DNA of 64,000 bases from Amoebophrya sp. A120 (taxonomy: Eukaryota > Protista > Dinoflagellata). Each line of letters starts with the position of its first letter. Within the stretch, counting starts at the first letter, position 1. Both the position numbers and the translations under genes were made by a program. This document shows positions 59,762-64,000 of the stretch, piece after piece. The notes under the pieces are model-generated. The model was not told where the DNA came from, ran no database searches, and saw only the letters and a program-made list of their open reading frames with translations. The stretch spans positions 6,180,476 to 6,244,475 of the forward strand of contig CAJINV010000002.1 in the NCBI GenBank assembly GCA_905178155.1, written 5' to 3'.

Positions 59762-61560
59762 CTACTCGATGTCGAAGGCCGGTTTCCCTAGCTTCGAGGA
59801 GGCACTGGCCCCGCCGGTCAACCTCCCCGCCTCTGCCGCTTCGACGGATTTTTTCATCTTCTTCAATTTCGGCGAAGCGACGTGCTCGGGAGCCCCGCCG
59901 CCGCCGATGAAATCGCCGCCGACGCCGAAAATTCCCGGGGACAGATTTTCGTCGTCGTCCTCTTCGGAACCAGAATTGTCCAACCCCTTGTCCTATGCAT
60001 TGCAAATATGTCTGGGTCTGGAAGATGTCAAGCTGTTTTTGCATAACACAGAAGGTCTGGCATGGAAGCCCTAGCATCACAGATTTCGAGAAGGTTCTGC
60101 AATGCCTAATCCGCATGACAAATCCCCCACTATGGTGACAAGAAGTGGGCATCTTTTGCTGCCTATGCATGAGAGATTTGTGTGCGTTGTGAAATGCGCA
60201 TCACAACTTCTACTTCACATCCTTCGAGACCCAGACATATTTGCATTTGATATGTCCTCCTCCGCGAACTGGCCATCGAACCACTCAATGCAATCCCGAT
60301 TCTCGATCGGGTGCTCAAAGTCCACCCGGCGCAGCATGTCCGTCTCGAAATCGATGGCATCAAAAAGAAAAATCGCCCCTCCCCATATCGAAAACGAAAC
60401 CTGTGACGCAGTATTTGAGTACACAGATCGCATTTGTCTTGCTGGAGAGGACTGCAGACCCATGTCAAGCCTGAGTAGAGAGGCTTTGACTTAGGCGCTT
60501 AGCATGAAAAGGGTCCGTGATGTTGGCTCAACAGCATGACAGACAAACCGGCTCCATAATGGGACGGAAGCTGCTGCCCTTGTCTTCTTGCAACACAAAC
60601 GTGACTTGTGACCTCAAATCAGCAACACAAATTTTCGAAAACCTACCTCTTCATCAATATGGGGAGGGGGGATTTTTCCTTGCGATAGATGGTGGCCGGT
60701 CGCTTCATCTCCTCGTCCCAGGCCAGTTGGAGCTCATCATCCTTGAACAAATGCGTCAAGTACCAGCCGCACCGGTAAAACTGCTTTTTGTTGTACAGTG
60801 CGATCATCACGAGCGCGCCGTTGTCCAGTTTCGCGGTTTCCGGCACCAGCGTCATGTCCGGCGCAATGCCCTCCATCACAATCTTCCGCTTTCCGCACTT
60901 CGGGAACGGACCGCACTCGACCTCATCGAGTAACTGCTCCTGCTTCTGCAAGCAGGCGGAGGCGAGCAGATCCGCGATGGTCTTCTCCGTTTTGGAGAAA
61001 GGGTTTTTACTCGTCTTTTTACTCTCCGATTTGGACTTCTTCATCGACGCTTTAATATTCGCGGTAGATGTTGTTGAACTCGGCTCTTTACAAGTCGAGG
61101 TGGACTGCTGGTGCTCTGTAGTAGTGGCAGTAAAACTCGCGGCTTTTGACTGCATTTTCTTCATGGAAGTCGTACTGGAAGCTGCTGTCGTCGTTGTATC
61201 TTGTTTTTTCATCGCCGTGGTTTTTTTCGAGGTGTTTGAGGATTTGGAGCTTTTCGACCTTTTGCTGTTTTTGCTCGCGGAGGACTTGTTGTCGTCGAAG
61301 TTTTCGTCGTAATCTTCAGAATCCATGTCGTCCTCGTCCTCTCCCGAATCGTCCTGCGTGCCGTTCTCGCTGCAGGACTCGGCATCGAAAATGTCCTCCT
61401 GGACCTCCCAGGGCGGGATAAATTTCAACTGCAACTCCAGCGTTTTGGGAAGCGCCTCCATGACCTCGAACGTCACTTCGAGCTTCAGCGGCCCGGTCGC
61501 CGGCGCGTCCACCGCGGTCTCCGGGATCCAGTTCGCGCGCCGAAACTCGATGGCAGCCAT
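59762..61560 (-). CDS. ASF1: Divergent ASF1-like histone chaperone with a long loop insertion and two introners
   Basis: GPLKLEVTFEVMEALPKTLE...EQLLDEVECGP...APDMTLVP...LYNKKQFYRCGWYL...MLRRVDFEHP...IEW parallels ASF1 FEITFEC / DQVLDSVLVGP / EFIRVGYY / INW. Confidence 0.8.
59994..60252. mobile_element. Introner family A, 259 bp, TSD TGTCC
   Basis: Reverse-complement relative of the 137-388 copy. Join AEED|KGLDN. Confidence 0.95.
60358..60687. mobile_element. Introner family B, 330 bp, TSD GATGG
   Basis: Reverse-complement relative of the 14035 copy. Join PATI|DFETD. Confidence 0.93.
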
Positions 61561-62532
61561 TTTTTTGGTCTTTAATACGGTCTAATTGTCGTCTCGCTGG
61601 GGTTCTTCGTCTACGTACTGCCGGTTCGTGCCTCTCTGGTCCTCGTACTGTTTCATCACTTCTGCCAAAGAAGTGGTTTTTCTCTTATCCTATCTGAGGG
61701 CCTCACTGCTGGGTAATTTTTCATTTTGCGTGCGGATCTTCACAAGTCCTTCCTGAAAAAGTTCAGAAATTTATTCAAAAGAAACAGGAGAAAAGACACG
61801 AACATAGACATACATTGAGAGCATGATTTCCATGCTGGGGACAATTTGAACGAATGGCCTGTCGTGATCTCCACCTCCAGTGAACTTCTACGGTGCGTGC
61901 TGTAATTTGTTCGACGAGCCGGTCTTTATATTACACGAACAAATTTTGAAACGGATCTATAGCAATTTTGAACCTACTATCTCGAAGCCCAGAGAAAACT
62001 CCTCCGTTTGACATCTTGGATCATGAATAAAACGAGCTTGAGAACTTGTACTTGATCGAGCGCAGGACCAGGAGAGAATAAAATTTTCGTGAAGACCCGA
62101 AGAAGAAGTGTGCTCCTGTGCACCAGCGGCAAATTTTCACCTGGAGCTTCCAGAACATGAAAATCACCAGCCCGCTTGTGCACCAGCTGCAAGGACGTCG
62201 CCGCGCTTGTACGTCCTGGCGCCAACACGCTAGATAGGCAATTTTGAAAGATGTCGCTCGGTAGCTAGTCAGAGACAGAAATATTAAACGTCGATCCGCG
62301 GATGATAGATCATCACTGTAGATTTGCAATTAGTTGCTGAGCCAGCAGAAGTATATGCCTTCCAACCCTTTTTCGAATTATTGTGTCGCTCTTTACCATT
62401 ACGCTTACTGGTACAAATCATTTGATATTCTGGTCGTGCTTGCGCGCAAACAAACAACGCCTTTTGTGAAAGTTAGAGCTTCAACCTTTGTTCTCATATT
62501 ATCCCCTACTTCAACATTTTCCCGTCACAACA

Positions 62533-64000
62533 TCAGAATCGCCCCCTCTGTTGCGAAAAGCGTCTCTTCGCCGCCCCCATTGGCTTATTTGCCTGAAACG
62601 GATTGCCGCCGAAGCCAGCCTGTCCGCCCCCGAAGGGGTTGTTCGCGTTGCCTGCTGCATTGTTGGTGTTCGCACCGGCACCACCGCCAAAGATCCCTCC
62701 GCCACCAGTACTAGCTCCTCCGCCACCGAAGATGCCACCACCCGTGCTCGTCGCGCCACCCCCGCCGAAGGGATTCCCCCCTCCCGCCGGCGCGGCACCG
62801 CCAAAAATGCCGCTACTTGTGGTGGAGCCCCCGCCGAAGGGGTTGCCGTTGGCACTGGGTTGCGCAGAACTTGTATTGGCTCCACCGCCTCCAAAGGGGT
62901 TTTGTTGTGCGCCGTTAGCTGCTGCTGGTGCAGCACCTCCGAACAAGGAGTTTGCAGTTCCTGTGCCGTTGTTCGCTGCATTGTTTCCCGCTGCGTTCCC
63001 CCCGCCAAACGCACCCCCGAAAACACCCCCGCCGCCGCCAGCAGGATTATTAGTGTTCGCACTGCCGAAAATACCACTTGAATTGTTGTTCGGCTGCGCC
63101 GGGGCGCCGAAAACATTTGTCGCTGGTGCTGCTCCCGTCGTTGCACCACCGCCGAACGCCCCCCCTGCGCTGGTGGTCGTGGTGCCGCCGAACGGACCAG
63201 GTGCGGCTGCCGTGGCCCCGAAAATGCCACCAGTGCTCGTTGCTGCCGCGGGTGCTGCTCCACCTACTCCGCCAAAGATACTACTACCGGAAGTAGCTGC
63301 TGCGGTGGTGGTCGACGCTGGTGCAGCTGCACCCCCTCCAAAGATGCTGGCGTTGCTGCCCGCTCCTGTACTGGTTGCAGCTCCTGCGGCACCAAAAATG
63401 CCGCCAGCACTCGAGGTTGGCTGCGACGTGGTGTTTGCTCCGCCGCCAAAAATCGAGTTTCCCGCACTGGTCGAGGCGGGAGCTCCACTGCCGAAAATAC
63501 CACCGCCTGCAGCAGCGGGTGCGGCACCGGCACTACTAGCAGCGCCGAAGGCGGGGGTCGCTGTCGCAGACGCTGGTGCACCTCCGCCGCCGAAAATGCT
63601 TTGCTTCGAGTCCTGGGAGGTCGCTGCAGGAGCAGCAGCTGCTGCTGCTGCCCCAAAAATACTACCTGTCGTTTGCTTGGAGTCCGTTTGCAACCCACCA
63701 CCAAAAATACTGCTTGCCTTTGATTCCGCTGGTGGTTGCGCTGGTGCTAAACCTCCACCAAAAATACTGGATGCCTTCGCTTCTGTACCAGCAGGGGCGG
63801 TAGCTGGCGCTGAACCAAAAATGCTAGCTTGCTTCGCGTCAGCAGGTGCACCGAAGAGGCTCGTCGTATTTGAAGCGGCTGCTGGCTTAGCTGCATTCTC
63901 ACTAGCGGGAGCTGCAGCGCCAAAAATGCTGCTTCCGGTCTTAGCCTCTGGTCCAGAGGTAGAGCCGAAAATCCCCCCCGTGGGTTTAGCTTCCGCAGGA
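62533..64000 (-). CDS. FG-repeat nucleoporin, C-terminal part (Nup1/Nup153-like); 5' end outside the window
   Basis: Many SIFG/GIFG/NPFG repeats ending in a basic tail, KPMGAAKRRFSQQRGRF. Confidence 0.85.
   Translation of the reverse strand, partial: PAEAKPTGGIFGSTSGPEAKTGSSIFGAAAPASENAAKPAAASNTTSLFGAPADAKQASIFGSAPATAPAGTEAKASSIFGGGLAPAQPPAESKASSIFGGGLQTDSKQTTGSIFGAAAAAAAPAATSQDSKQSIFGGGGAPASATATPAFGAASSAGAAPAAAGGGIFGSGAPASTSAGNSIFGGGANTTSQPTSSAGGIFGAAGAATSTGAGSNASIFGGGAAAPASTTTAAATSGSSIFGGVGGAAPAAATSTGGIFGATAAAPGPFGGTTTTSAGGAFGGGATTGAAPATNVFGAPAQPNNNSSGIFGSANTNNPAGGGGGVFGGAFGGGNAAGNNAANNGTGTANSLFGGAAPAAANGAQQNPFGGGGANTSSAQPSANGNPFGGGSTTSSGIFGGAAPAGGGNPFGGGGATSTGGGIFGGGGASTGGGGIFGGGAGANTNNAAGNANNPFGGGQAGFGGNPFQANKPMGAAKRRFSQQRGRF

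Noticed and set aside
137-60252. Recurrent short peptides in the ORF track ([34 protein letters not shown]) as a repeated protein domain
   Set aside because: They are translations of the family A TIR, not coding sequence.
137-60687. CRISPR array or bacterial REP/IS interpretation of the repeats
   Set aside because: The repeats are dispersed inverted pairs with TSDs inside eukaryotic exons. There are no regular spacers, cas genes or transposase.
137-60687. Paramecium-type TA-bounded IES
   Set aside because: Here TA belongs to the inverted repeat and the retained sequence is a variable 5-mer, not TA. DNA-level excision is kept only as a testable alternative.
1-64000. tRNA, rRNA, snRNA or spliced-leader RNA genes
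   Set aside because: None recognised by eye. A covariance-model search would be needed to exclude them.

Overview
Eukaryotic, gene-dense DNA in which every credible protein-coding gene (about 15) lies on the minus strand. The genes are: a 4-copy tandem family of unknown proteins (one copy a pseudogene), DPH1, a SMYD-like SET protein, a STE7/MAP2K kinase, a coiled-coil Zn-finger protein, a Ddi1-like aspartyl protease, a coiled-coil protein, a TSP1-repeat protein, a SAP+LOTUS protein, a secreted unknown, a ~3020-aa PPIP5K/Vip1, a divergent ASF1 and the 3' part of an FG nucleoporin. The dominant signal is at least 22 short (150-450 bp) non-coding insertions, all inside coding exons. They have terminal inverted repeats, nearly all starting TAT and ending ATA, and 5-bp target-site duplications. 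Removing each element plus one TSD copy restores the reading frame, yet none of these removals gives GT-AG ends. They occur in both orientations, belong to several families, and share a multi-copy internal GCAT(G/C)ACAA motif. They behave as MITE-derived, non-canonical introns (introners) alongside ordinary GT-AG introns. This fits a syndinian dinoflagellate such as Amoebophrya, where such introner elements are reported; the organism is inferred, not proven. Also present are three GC-hyper-rich degenerate islands, a retro-like insertion nested in one introner, and two perfect palindromes. All coordinates were read by hand.
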